This document shows positions 11,525-21,396 of a DNA stretch of 64,000 bases, in pieces; the stretch's first letter is position 1, and every line of letters starts with the position of its first letter. A program made the translations under genes and the position numbers. Origin of the DNA: Dehalococcoidia bacterium (GTDB lineage Bacteria > Chloroflexota > Dehalococcoidia > Bin125); NCBI GenBank assembly GCA_963662615.2, contig CAXXSR010000001.1, positions 1,824,001 through 1,888,000 on the forward strand, in the 5' to 3' direction. Below the pieces are notes generated by a model, which made no database searches, was not told where the DNA came from, and worked only from the letters and a program-made list of their open reading frames with translations.

Positions 11525-12337
11525 TCAGAGCGCGACGAACGCGGTCCGCGCTGCCACGGCCAAGATGCCGATCGCGAGTGCGCGTGTGAGCAGCCCGGCG
11601 CCGAGGCGGCGCTGCAGTCGCGGGGCGAACCGGCTCGCCACGATCACGCCAATGGCGAGGGCGGGGACGTCCTCGAGAGGGGTATCGGCGTGGCCGGCGA
11701 CCCCTTGGAAGATCACCACGGCCGCAGCCAGCGTGGCGATGACGAAGTGGGTGGCGGGCACTGCGAGCGCATGCGGCATGCGGCCGACGTGCGTGTTGAT
11801 GGGCGTGAAGATCAAGCCGCCGCCGATCCCGGCGAGGGCCGAGACAAACGCCGCCACGGCTGAGATGGTGAGTGCGCGGCGCAGCGGGACGCGGTACATC
11901 CAGACGCGGCCCTCGCCATCGCGAAAGCGCCGCCGCCAGCCCGGGGAGCCGGGAGTGCCGACCGCTGGGTGGGGTCGGATGACGAGGAAGGCCCCGACCA
12001 CGAAGAGCAGGCTCGCGAAGACCACCGCGAAGGTAGCGCGGGGCAGGATGGTCGTCACCGTCGCCCCGGCGAGGGCGGCCGGGACTGTAACGGCGACCAG
12101 CAGCACGCAAACGGGGAGATCGATGCGTCGTCCGCGAAGCGCGCTCCCTGTCGCCAGGCCGCTCGACAGCGCCACGACGAGGAGGGCGGCCATCGTGACC
12201 TCGGCCGGGAGGGCGCCTTCGTGGCGGAGGAGAAGCAGCGGCGTCAGCAGGAAGCCGCCGCCCGCGCCGACGACCGTCGCGTAGAGCCCGATGGCCGCGC
12301 CGGCGCCGATCAACGCCAGGAACTCGACTACAGACAT
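11525..12337 (-). CDS. Sulfite exporter TauE/SafE (TSUP) family membrane protein
   Basis: GAGGGFLLTP and GIGGGLIFTP repeats, about 8 TM helices. Confidence 0.85.
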   Translation of the reverse strand: MSVVEFLALIGAGAAIGLYATVVGAGGGFLLTPLLLLRHEGALPAEVTMAALLVVALSSGLATGSALRGRRIDLPVCVLLVAVTVPAALAGATVTTILPRATFAVVFASLLFVVGAFLVIRPHPAVGTPGSPGWRRRFRDGEGRVWMYRVPLRRALTISAVAAFVSALAGIGGGLIFTPINTHVGRMPHALAVPATHFVIATLAAAVVIFQGVAGHADTPLEDVPALAIGVIVASRFAPRLQRRLGAGLLTRALAIGILAVAARTAFVAL

Positions 12338-12526
12338 CAGCGCGCCCTGCGCGTCGGTCGAGCGGTGCGAATGCGGGCCCTCGCAAACCGTCGCGATAGA
12401 CGACGCGTCACCTCGGTCGGGCGGCTTGTCGCATGCCGATGAGGCCGAGACGGCACGACGCGCTGGTCCGAAGTCTAGCCGACCGCGGAAACGGCCGCGG
12501 CCGTGACGGCGCCGCGACGTCGCCCA

Positions 12527-12656
12527 GCGCCCGTCCGCGTACGGCCCGCATCAGAGCCGGGACCTCGAGGCTGAGCACGACTTCGACTACGTAGCCAAGG
12601 ACTTCCTGGACCTGGCGGGGCAGCTCGGCTGTTGAGCGGGACCAGCGCTTCCTGCG
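12527..12656 (+). repeat. Second copy (~90% identical) of the HAD gene 3' end plus 21 bp downstream; direct repeat of 11308-11437
   Basis: Encodes RPSAYGPHQSRDLEAEHDFDYVAKDFLDLAGQLGC-stop followed by the same gcgggaccagcgcttc. Confidence 0.92.
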
Positions 12657-12739
12657 CTCAACCGCTCCCTCCACCTCCGCTGGGAGCGGCGCCGCAAGCG
12701 GGTGCAGGCGCGCGTCTGCACCGAGCAGCCCCGACCGAC

Positions 12740-13534
12740 TCAGTCCATCTCAATGCCGCCGTCAACGTTGAGCGACTGGCCCGTGATGTTCCGCGCGTCC
12801 TCCGAGGCCAAGAACGCCACCGCCCGGCCCACATCCTGCGGCGTCTGCTCTCGTCCCAGGGGGGCGTCACGCTCCAGCATCATCTCGAACGTCCGCCGTC
12901 GCTCCACCACTTCCGGCGTGTCGTCCCCTGCCGCCATCGCTTCAAGCTGCCGCCACATGTTCGTCCACAGCCGGCCCGGGCAGACGGCGTTCACGTTGAC
13001 GTTCGAGCGCGCCAGGTCCAGCGCCATCGACTGCGTCAAGCTGATCGCCCCCGCTTTCGAAGCGGCGTAATGAGGAATGTCCGCCCGCCCGTGCCGCCCG
13101 GCGATGGAGGCGATGTTCACGATCTTGCCGCTCTCGTTGGCCCGGAAGTGCGGCACCAGAGCGCTGCTCATCGTCCACATCCCCTTGAGGTTGACCTCGT
13201 AGCACATGTCGAAGTCCGACGGCATGATTGCGTCGCCGCCGTAGTGCTGCCCCAGCACACCGGCGTTGTTCACCAGGATGTCCACCCGTCCCCGCTGGGC
13301 GATCGCCTGCTCCACGCCGGCCCGGACCGACTCGGCGTCCGTCACATCCACCTCCACCACGCTGCACTGCCGGCCCATGTCGCGCACTTCCGCCGCCGTC
13401 TTCGTCGCGCTCTCCTGATCGATGTCGGCGATGACGATGTCCGCCCCTTCCTTCGCCAGCTCCAGCACGATCCCCCGGCCGATCCCGCGCCCGCCGCCCG
13501 TCACCATCGCCGTCTTGCCCTCAACTCGCCCCAT
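12740..13534 (-). CDS. SDR family NAD(P)-dependent oxidoreductase
   Basis: TGGGRGIG, NNAG, YAASK, NAVCPG. Confidence 0.92.
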   Translation of the reverse strand: MGRVEGKTAMVTGGGRGIGRGIVLELAKEGADIVIADIDQESATKTAAEVRDMGRQCSVVEVDVTDAESVRAGVEQAIAQRGRVDILVNNAGVLGQHYGGDAIMPSDFDMCYEVNLKGMWTMSSALVPHFRANESGKIVNIASIAGRHGRADIPHYAASKAGAISLTQSMALDLARSNVNVNAVCPGRLWTNMWRQLEAMAAGDDTPEVVERRRTFEMMLERDAPLGREQTPQDVGRAVAFLASEDARNITGQSLNVDGGIEMD

Positions 13535-13580
13535 CACCGCCCTCCTCACCCGTTCTCACTAGCCGTCGCGCTCCCCGGCC

Positions 13581-13612
13581 ACCGCTCGTGGTGAGCCTGT
13601 CGAACCACGAGC
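13581..13612. repeat. REP-like palindromic element (CGCTCGTGGTGAGCCTGTCGAACCACGAGC)
   Basis: Stem GCTCGTGGT/ACCACGAGC around GAGCCTGTCGA; degenerate relatives at 63121-63190. Confidence 0.65.
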
Positions 13613-13773
13613 CCTGCGAGCTGGCCGCTGAAAGGATAGTCGCCCGCGGAAATCGCCGGAAGGAGCTGCGCCCGTCGTCTCTTGCGGGACGACGGCCGGG
13701 CGCCCTCTCCGCCATCGACGTCCGCCGTCGTCGTGCCTGCCCGGCCACCGAACGACGCTCCGGGCTCACTGGC

Positions 13774-14289
13774 CTACCGGTAGTTCGCGCTGCTGACCAA
13801 CACGAACGCCATCACGCACGGCTGGTCTGAGCGGCTGCGCCAGGCGTGCCGCGTCGCGCGCTGCACCACCACGTCGCCGGCGCTCAGATGCACCTCCCCT
13901 TCGTCCAGCTCCAAGTCGATCTCCCCGGACAGGACGATGCCGTAGTCAATCGTGCGGGTCGTGTGCATGCCCGGCTCGTCTTCCTCCATCGCGTCGCCGG
14001 TGTCGAAGCGCGCGGCTAAGGCGGCCAAGCTCTCACTGGCGACCTGCGCGCTGCCCGGACGAAACGTGAGGACGCGCACGACCGACCCCTCCGCGGGCGG
14101 TTCCAGGTGGAACGTCTCCACGTCCACGGGGTCCCGCTTCGCTTGCGGGTCCGGACTGGCCGGATCGTCCACCCAGATCTCGTCGATCACCCGGACCCCC
14201 ATGTCGAGGTGACCGGGAGTGGGACCATCATGCACGAAATAGGACTTGCCCTCTGCGTTGATACCGGTGACGACCCGTCGCCTGACCAT
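13774..14289 (-). CDS. Cupin domain protein
   Basis: RRVVTG, MHTTRTIDYGIVLSGE, GDVVVQRATRHAW. Confidence 0.9.
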   Translation of the reverse strand: MVRRRVVTGINAEGKSYFVHDGPTPGHLDMGVRVIDEIWVDDPASPDPQAKRDPVDVETFHLEPPAEGSVVRVLTFRPGSAQVASESLAALAARFDTGDAMEEDEPGMHTTRTIDYGIVLSGEIDLELDEGEVHLSAGDVVVQRATRHAWRSRSDQPCVMAFVLVSSANYR

Positions 14290-14338
14290 CCTGCTGCTCC
14301 TCTCTTCAACGCCCCGCGGGAGCGGGAACGCCTAGCGG

Positions 14339-15508
14339 CTACTGATCGACGACCGCGCCGTCGACCCCTAAGCGCGTGACAACCTCCCGAGGCGTAAACG
14401 TCCCGCTCGCCCTGTCATCTCCGTCGCGCGCTGCCTTCGCGGCTTCCGGTCGCAGCTCCACGCCGATCCCCGGCGCATCGGGCAGGAGCAGGAAGCCCTC
14501 GCCGTCGTGTTCGGGAGCCCCGGCGATGATCTCGCTCTTGGGCGGCTCATGCTCTCCCAGCGGATACTCCTGCAGGGCGAAATTGGGGACGCACGCGGCT
14601 ATCTGAAGACAGGCCGCCGTGCTGACCGGGCTCAGCGGGTTATGCGGCACCACTCCAGCGTGGTGTGCCTCCGCCAGCGTGGCCACCTTCTTCGCCCCCG
14701 TGATGCCGCCCACCATGCAGACGTCCGGCCGCACGTATTGCACGGCGTCGCGGCGCAGCAGCATTTCAAACTCCCACATGGACGTGAACCGCTCCCCGGT
14801 CGCAATCGGGATGTTGATCTTGTTGGCCACGTACACCATCTCGTCGAAGTTGTCGGGCGTAACCGGATCCTCAAAGAAGAAGGGGTGGTATTGCTCTATG
14901 CCGCGGCCCAGCTGCACTGCCTCTGTCGGCGTCAGTCGCCGGTGGATCTCGATGCAGAGATCGACCTCGTCGCCCACCGCCTCCCGGTAGCGACGCACCG
15001 CGTCGATCGCGTCGCCGATCTTCGCGGCATGCGTCTTGAAGTACGGCACCTCGCGCGGCTCGTCCAGGAACGGCGTCAGGTGGCCCACGGCGGTAAAGCC
15101 GTCTCGTTTCGCCGCCACGACGCCGTCCACAATCTCCTCGACCGTCTGGCCGAAGACGTGGTAATAGACACGCGCCCGGTCACGCACGCGCCCGCCCAGC
15201 AGCGCATAGACCGGTACGCCGAAGTGCTTTCCGGCAATGTCCCACAGCGCGATGTCGATCGCGCTGAGGGCGCCCATGATCGCCGAGCCACGGAAGTGGC
15301 TGTACCGGTACATGTACTGCCAATGGTGCTCAATGCGAAGCGGGTCGCACCCCACGAGGTACCGCGCGAACTTCTCCACCGCCGCCTGCGAGGCTTCCAG
15401 GTAGCCCCACGTGCCGGACTCCCCCAGGCCGGTGATCCCCGCGTCCGTGCTGACCTCGACGAACAGGTAGCGACCGATCAACAGCGGCTCCACCTTGGTA
15501 ATCTCCAC
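14339..15508 (-). CDS. Galactonate dehydratase-like enolase-superfamily enzyme
   Basis: GITGLGE, IEHHWQ, IDIALWDIAGK, EIHRR, FFEDP, ATGER, PHNPLSP; GTG start after GAGGGG. Confidence 0.85.
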   Translation of the reverse strand: MEITKVEPLLIGRYLFVEVSTDAGITGLGESGTWGYLEASQAAVEKFARYLVGCDPLRIEHHWQYMYRYSHFRGSAIMGALSAIDIALWDIAGKHFGVPVYALLGGRVRDRARVYYHVFGQTVEEIVDGVVAAKRDGFTAVGHLTPFLDEPREVPYFKTHAAKIGDAIDAVRRYREAVGDEVDLCIEIHRRLTPTEAVQLGRGIEQYHPFFFEDPVTPDNFDEMVYVANKINIPIATGERFTSMWEFEMLLRRDAVQYVRPDVCMVGGITGAKKVATLAEAHHAGVVPHNPLSPVSTAACLQIAACVPNFALQEYPLGEHEPPKSEIIAGAPEHDGEGFLLLPDAPGIGVELRPEAAKAARDGDDRASGTFTPREVVTRLGVDGAVVDQ

Positions 15509-15811
15509 GCATCGCCCCTCTCCCGCGGCCCTCTTCGGGCACAATGACTCGATCCGTGTCCCTTCGCCCGCGTTCAGCAGGCGCTTCTCGCTGTCGCTCA
15601 GTGAGGCGCACCGCGAGGCACACCGCGCCACCGGCGCGTCTCACCATGACCTCGTCATGCTACCTCCACGCCCGCGCCGGACCCCAGCTGCCCCTGCACC
15701 GCGACCGCCGACCTTTTGGCGTCCCCGCAGAGCACCCTGATGGCGGGGCAGACGCGCATCGGCGGCGCGGCTATCTTCAACCACGGCGATCGTGCGCTGA
15801 GGGAGCGTGCC

Positions 15812-16888
15812 ATGCATATCGGGCTGATGATGGAATGCGAGGTCCGCACCGGCCGCACGCAGTCCGCTGCTTTCCAGGACGCCTTCGACCTCGCCGCGAC
15901 GGCGGAGGCGCTCGGCTTCGACGCCGTCTGGCTGGCTGAGCACCACTTCGCGCCGCCCGGCCCCGACGCCACGACCCAGGTCAGATCCGTGGTCGCGGCT
16001 CCGCTCCTGCTCGCCGCGGCCATCGCCCATCGCACCGATCGCATCCGCGTCGGCACCGCCGTGCTGGTGCTGCCGCTGGGCCATCCCGTCCGCCTGGCGG
16101 AGGAAGTCGCCACCCTCGATCACGTCACCGGCGGACGCTTCGAGTTGGGCGTCGGGCGCAGCGGCTTGCCGGGCGCCTACGAGGGCTACGGCATCCCCTA
16201 CGACGAAAGCCGCGAGCGCTTTCTGGAGTACCTGGACGTGATGCGGCGCGCCTGGACGGAAGAGAGCCTCACCTTCCGTGGACGCTACTACCAGGTCGAT
16301 GACCTGACCATCAGCCCCAAGCCGTTCCAGCTCCCGCATCCGCCGCTCCGCGCCGCCGCCTCCCAGCCCGAGACCTACCCGTTGATGGGCACGCTGGGGC
16401 TGCCCATCTTCGCCGGGCTCCGCGGCATGGCCGCCCCCGAGCTGGCGCCCGCCATCCGCGCCTATCGCGACGCCTGGCGAGCGGCCGGCCACGACGGCCA
16501 CGGCGACGTCTACCTGCGCATCCCCGTCTACGTTGCCGACGACGCGACGCGCGCGCACGCCGACCCGGAAGCCAGCACCCTCCAGGCCTATGCCCGCTTG
16601 CGCCGCTCCTTCGCCGGCTCCGTCGACGCCGAGGGCGCGGGCGCGCAGGAGCGGCGATCGGCGGTGGCCCAGAGCCTCTCCAACGCCACCTACGACGAGC
16701 TCCTGCGCGACCGCTTGGCCTACGGCACTCCTAATCAGGTCGCCCGGCGACTCCGGAGCCTGCGCGACTCCCTGGGCCTGTCCGGCCTGATCATGGAGCC
16801 GAACGCGGGCGGCGGCATCGCGCCGGATCGCGTGCAGCGCTCCATCCGCCTGTTCGCCCGCGAGGTCGCGCCCGCGCTGCGGCCCTGA
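15812..16888 (+). CDS. LLM class flavin-dependent oxidoreductase
   Basis: WLAEHHF, HPVRLAEEVATLD, GRFELGVGR, PKPFQLPHPP. Confidence 0.92.
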   Translation: MHIGLMMECEVRTGRTQSAAFQDAFDLAATAEALGFDAVWLAEHHFAPPGPDATTQVRSVVAAPLLLAAAIAHRTDRIRVGTAVLVLPLGHPVRLAEEVATLDHVTGGRFELGVGRSGLPGAYEGYGIPYDESRERFLEYLDVMRRAWTEESLTFRGRYYQVDDLTISPKPFQLPHPPLRAAASQPETYPLMGTLGLPIFAGLRGMAAPELAPAIRAYRDAWRAAGHDGHGDVYLRIPVYVADDATRAHADPEASTLQAYARLRRSFAGSVDAEGAGAQERRSAVAQSLSNATYDELLRDRLAYGTPNQVARRLRSLRDSLGLSGLIMEPNAGGGIAPDRVQRSIRLFAREVAPALRP

Positions 16889-17015
16889 AGCGCTTCCACT
16901 CCCGCTCCCCGGCTCCTTCGATGGCGACACCGCTTGTGCAGGGGCGGAGCGCCTCGAGGGGATTCGGATTCCGGACCGAGGAGGAGGATGCCGCAGCAGC
17001 GCTCGCGCACTAGAC

Positions 17016-17130
17016 TGGCCCCAGCCGATGGCCCCAGCCGATGGCCCCAGCCGATGGCCCCAGCCGATGGCCCCAGCCGATGGCCCCAGCCGATGGCCCC
17101 AGCCGATGGCCCCAGCCGATGGCCCCAGCC
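17016..17130 (+). repeat. Perfect 13-bp tandem repeat TGGCCCCAGCCGA, about 8.8 copies
   Basis: Read directly; begins at the last base of a TAGACT hexamer (17011-17016). Confidence 0.97.
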
Positions 17131-17228
17131 AACAGTCCGGGCTGAGCCGGTCCCCGGCCCACCCGTGCCCCTGCTCCAGTGAGGCAGGGAGATCGCCTGC
17201 CATGAGCGCAATCCGATCGGAGGCCACT

Positions 17229-18077
17229 ATGACGAGTGCATCCTGGTCCCTGCCCGCGCGACTCGCCGCAACCGCGGCGGCCGTCGTGCTGCTCATGCTG
17301 CTCCTGCGAACCGCGACGGCCGAGCACAACCCACAGAGTGTGGACCTGGTGCCCGGCAGCAATTTGGTCACGTACGACGGCGCCACCTTGCCCGTCTGGA
17401 TCGCCCTCGGCGAAGCCATCATCGATGTGGACGCCATCTGGAGTTTCAACGCGGCCGACCAGAGCTGGGCGCTGTGGGCGCGGCCGCTGCCGCCAAGCCT
17501 CCAGGGCATCACGGAATTGGAGCACGGCCGCCCCTACTTCGTGATCGCCGCACGGGCGCTGACATGGAACTTCTTCGACAGTGATCCGCTCGCCATCACT
17601 GCCTGTGTCGCCAACGGCCTCACGGCGTCGGCGCAGGCGGCGGAGACGACGGTCACGGTCTTCTTCCTGCATGCAGCCGTCCCCTTCGCGACAAGCCTGC
17701 CGCTGCCCCTCTGTACCGCCGAGCGCAGCGTCTCCTCCGCCGATCCCGTGTCCGGGGCCGTGACGGCGCTGCTGGCCGGCCCCACCGCTCAGGAAGCGCA
17801 GGCCAACGTGTTCTCCACCTGGACCGACGTGGGCACGGGTGAGTCGAACTGCGACGGCGCCGACTTCACCCTCGCCGTCACGGATGGGACGGCCACGATC
17901 CAGTTCTGCCGCTCGTTTCCCCTCGGCGGGGTAATAACCGACGCCGCCATGGGCCGCCAGATGGACGCGACGCTGCTGCAGTTCAGCGAGATCACGAAGG
18001 TCGCGATCCTGGACGTCTTCGGCAACTGCATGTTCGATCTGTCCGGTTTGAACCGCTGCCTAGACGGCGCCACCTAG
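17229..18077 (+). CDS. Secreted protein: N-terminal GWNLV-type module plus C-terminal GerMN-like domain
   Basis: Signal peptide ending ATA; LVPGSNLVTYDG module; AVTALLAGPT..E, GTATIQF and TLLQFSEITKV are GerMN-like; GGAGG RBS. Confidence 0.7.
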   Translation: MTSASWSLPARLAATAAAVVLLMLLLRTATAEHNPQSVDLVPGSNLVTYDGATLPVWIALGEAIIDVDAIWSFNAADQSWALWARPLPPSLQGITELEHGRPYFVIAARALTWNFFDSDPLAITACVANGLTASAQAAETTVTVFFLHAAVPFATSLPLPLCTAERSVSSADPVSGAVTALLAGPTAQEAQANVFSTWTDVGTGESNCDGADFTLAVTDGTATIQFCRSFPLGGVITDAAMGRQMDATLLQFSEITKVAILDVFGNCMFDLSGLNRCLDGAT

Positions 18078-19502
18078 CCGGCCGTCACCGCTCCTGTCAG
18101 ACGTTCGCGCGCACGCGCGTCGCCACGGCTGCCGCGAGGCCGGAGGAGAAACCGGCCGGCGCTACCGACGGCGTCGTGCCGCGGCGCGCGCGGCCGTCGC
18201 CACCACGACCGCGGCGGCGGCGGCGGCGGCAACCGCCAACGGCGAGATCCCCCCGCCATCGTCACCGTCCGCGAGACCGCCGCTCCCTGTGTCAGGGAGG
18301 GCTGCCGGCGCCTCGGGAACCGTTGATTCTCTCGTTGGCGCCTCCGGCGCTGCGGGCGCCTCCGCCTCCGCGCCTCCGGCGTGTCGGTGATGTCTGCCCG
18401 CACGAGCTGGAACACGGAGGCGCTGCCGGACCGCTCACCCGCGTGGTCATCGAACGTCGCGCCCACGATCACCGTGTCGCCGCTGAGGACGACGCTCGAG
18501 CCAAACGCGTCACCCGCGGCGGCGTCGCCGGCGGTCAGTTTGGCCACCTGGTCCCAGGCTTCGGTGCCCCCCTGATCGCGCGCGAAGAGGTAGGCGCTGC
18601 CGGACGCGTCGCCCGCATCGGCATCAAACGGCGCGCCTACGATCGCCGCGTCGCCGCTGAGGGCGACGCTCCAACCAAACTCATCACCCGCGGCGCCGTC
18701 GGTGGCGGTCAGTTTGGCCACCTGGCCCCAGGCCTCGGCGCCACCCCGATCGCGCGCAAAGAGGTTAGGCGCTGCCGGAATCCCTGCCGGTGTCGTCATC
18801 GAGGCGCGAGCCCACGATCACCGTGTCGCCACTGACGGCGACGCTCCGGCCGAACCCGTCAACCGCGGCGGCGTCGGCGGCGGTCAGTTTGGCCACCTGG
18901 CCCCAGGCACCGGCGCCCCCCCGATCACGCGCGAAGAGGTAGGCGCTGCCGGACCGCTCACCCGCGTGGTCATCGAACGGTGCGCCCACGATCACCGTGT
19001 CGCCGCTGATGGCGACGCTCCAGCCGAACCGGTCCTCCGTGGCGTCAGCGGCGGTCAGTTTCGCCACCTGGCCCCAGGCCTCGGCGCCACCCTGATCGCG
19101 CGCGAAGAGGTAGGCGCCCGCATCGTCATCGGCGGGCGCACCGACGATCACCGTGTCGCCACTGATCGCGACGCTCAAGCCGAACAGCCCACCTGCGGCG
19201 GCGGCGGCGGCGGTCAGTTTGGCCACCTGGCCCCAGACGCCGGCGCCACCCCGATCGCGCGCGAAGAGGTAGGCGCTGCCGGTTTGTTGGCCCGCGTCGT
19301 CATCGCCGGGCACACCCACGATCACCGTGTCGCCGCTGATGGCGACGCTGCTGCCGAACCCGTCCTTCGAGGCGGCGTCGGCGGCGGTCAGTTTGACCTG
19401 CTCGGTGACGATCGGCCCATCGGCCGCCACGCTCCCCGCTGTCAGCGCCACCAGGGCGGCCGCCCCCAACCCCAGACCTGCTCGCCACAAGCTCTGTCCC
19501 AT
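18074..19502 (-). pseudogene. FG-GAP repeat (beta-propeller) secreted protein, frameshifted at ~18765 and apparently 3'-truncated
   Basis: Six repeats KLTAxDAxxxDxFGxSVAISGDTVIVGA..GSAYLF. One repeat reads GCC-TAA-CCTC where siblings read GCC-TAC-CTC (1-nt insertion). Confidence 0.85.
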
Positions 19503-19713
19503 GGCTCCCTCCGCTCCCCCCGCGTGACGGTACCCACGCCGCGCCCACGGTTCAAGCCAAGAGCCCTGGAACGGCGCCGGAGCCTGTGGGGCACTCATAC
19601 GTCCGTTCTGTCCTCGGCGTGATCGAATGTCGGAGTCCGCCTCATCCCCACTCGAATTTCGAGCAGATCTCGTTGTGGCGCCCCATAGGCTCCACGATCA
19701 AGGGCCCCGGCGG

Positions 19714-21027
19714 CTATCCCGACGGGTCGCCCGGGCGCGGGGGCAGCGACGGCGCCACGACCGACGGCGCCACCGGCTCGACCGTCACACCGCCGGGCCG
19801 GAGACGCTCGCGCCGGTGGGCCCTGACCCAGAGCGGCCCCGCGACGAGGGCCAGGCCGCCCAGCGCGATGCCCGCCAGCGCGAAAGCCCACCCCGGCCCC
19901 AGTTCGTCGAAGATCACGCCCACCCCCGCTGAAAAAGGCGCCAGCAGCAGTCCCAGCGCCAGCGACTGCATCGACAGGATCGTCGCCCGCTGGTCCGACG
20001 GCACCCTGCGGTTGACGTACCCGCTCGCAATCGGCTCAATCGTTGATCGCGCCAGCATGACCAGCACCAGAAACGGCAGCGCGCCCAGGTGGTCAACCAG
20101 CGCCAAGGCGACGTACGCGCCGACGCCTACGACCGGGAGCGTCGCCAAGACCGCGACCGGCCCGCTGCGGGCGACCAGCCGGTAGGCCACGGACGCCCCC
20201 ACGATCGCGGCCACCAGCCCCGGCAGTTGCAGCGCCGAGAACGTGAAATCAATATCCAACCCCTTGTCGAGCAGGAACGGCTGGATCAGATAGCCCGTCG
20301 CTCCCAACCCCGCGCCCAGCGCCGCCGTGTAGACGATCGCCGTCCGCACCGCCGGCTGCTGCCACGCCACCCTGACCGCCTGGCGCGCTCCCGCCCAGTA
20401 CGACGGCCGCTCGCCGGAGCCCCCCAGCCGCGGCGCCTCCGTCATCGCGATCGTCACGGCCACCACGGCCACCATCGTGCCCGCCCCTACGAAGATCGTG
20501 AACTGCGTGCTCACCGCTCCCGCCACCGGCGCTCCGATGAGCACCCCCAAAGCGGCCCCCGCCCAGAGCAACGCCTCCCCCCGCCCGGCCAGCTTCTCGT
20601 ACTCCTCCTCACGCCCAAGCGCCTTGAGGGTGTCGTAAAGAAGGGCCAGGTCCGCACCCGACATCAGCGTGACGGCGACAGACCACATCAAGAAGGACAC
20701 CAGCAGGATCGGAAACGACGTGCTGAAGGCGAAGACCAGCATCGACGCGATCAGCGCCCCGGCGCCCAGCGCCAACGAGGTCGACCGGCCGTAACGGTCG
20801 GCCACCGCGCCGGTCGGCACCTCCAGCACCACCAGGCCCAAGAGGAAACACGCCTCGGCGACGCCCACCTGCGTGAGCGAAAACCCGCGGTCAACGATGA
20901 GAAAGACGATCCAGACCGGAATCCAGATCTGCGCCTCGCGGAGAAAGCGGAAGGCATAGAAGAGCGGGACGTTCCGCTCCAGCAGGCGTCGCTCGCGCCC
21001 CGTGAGCTGCGCTCTCTCGGATGGCAT
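19714..21027 (-). CDS. MFS transporter
   Basis: LEVPTGAVADRYGR (motif A), SGADLALLYD, RATILS; about 12 TM helices. Confidence 0.92.
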   Translation of the reverse strand: MPSERAQLTGRERRLLERNVPLFYAFRFLREAQIWIPVWIVFLIVDRGFSLTQVGVAEACFLLGLVVLEVPTGAVADRYGRSTSLALGAGALIASMLVFAFSTSFPILLVSFLMWSVAVTLMSGADLALLYDTLKALGREEEYEKLAGRGEALLWAGAALGVLIGAPVAGAVSTQFTIFVGAGTMVAVVAVTIAMTEAPRLGGSGERPSYWAGARQAVRVAWQQPAVRTAIVYTAALGAGLGATGYLIQPFLLDKGLDIDFTFSALQLPGLVAAIVGASVAYRLVARSGPVAVLATLPVVGVGAYVALALVDHLGALPFLVLVMLARSTIEPIASGYVNRRVPSDQRATILSMQSLALGLLLAPFSAGVGVIFDELGPGWAFALAGIALGGLALVAGPLWVRAHRRERLRPGGVTVEPVAPSVVAPSLPPRPGDPSG

Positions 21028-21145
21028 CGGTCGATCGATCACGCCTCGGATCCCGCGCCAAAGCGCGCGCGCTCCGCCTAAGTGCCGGGCAGCATGGTGT
21101 GGGCGCCAACGTTCACCGGGCCCAGCACCGAGCCTAGGTCACCCG

Positions 21146-21192
21146 CCACAGCGTCGGCAACGCCACAGCGTCGGCAACACCCCAGCGTCAAG
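21146..21192. repeat. 17-bp tandem repeat (CCACAGCGTCGGCAACG), about 2.7 copies, in a divergent intergenic region
   Basis: ccacagcgtcggcaacg-ccacagcgtcggcaaca-ccccagcgtc. Confidence 0.7.
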
Positions 21193-21396
21193 GAAAACCA
21201 CTGCAAGCCGCGTCTGCGCAGCGACGGCGTGCCAATCGCGCCTGGCCTTCCCCTCATCACAGCGTCGGTCTGCAATTCGCGAATCAGGACGGGCGGAGGG
21301 AATATTCGTGCCCAACAGCGGCCGCACGGCCCGATCGCTTGGCGACGCGATCCCGCCGCAGTACCGTGAGGCGGCGTCCAGCAACCAGGAGGAGCG

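Noticed and set aside
15641-17512. Long ORF-track entries such as 15641-17512(-), 28716-30188(+), 48339-50048(+), 49981-51339(-) and the 7528-8784 extension
   Set aside because: Antisense or off-frame shadows of real genes and repeats in high-GC DNA, with no recognisable motifs.
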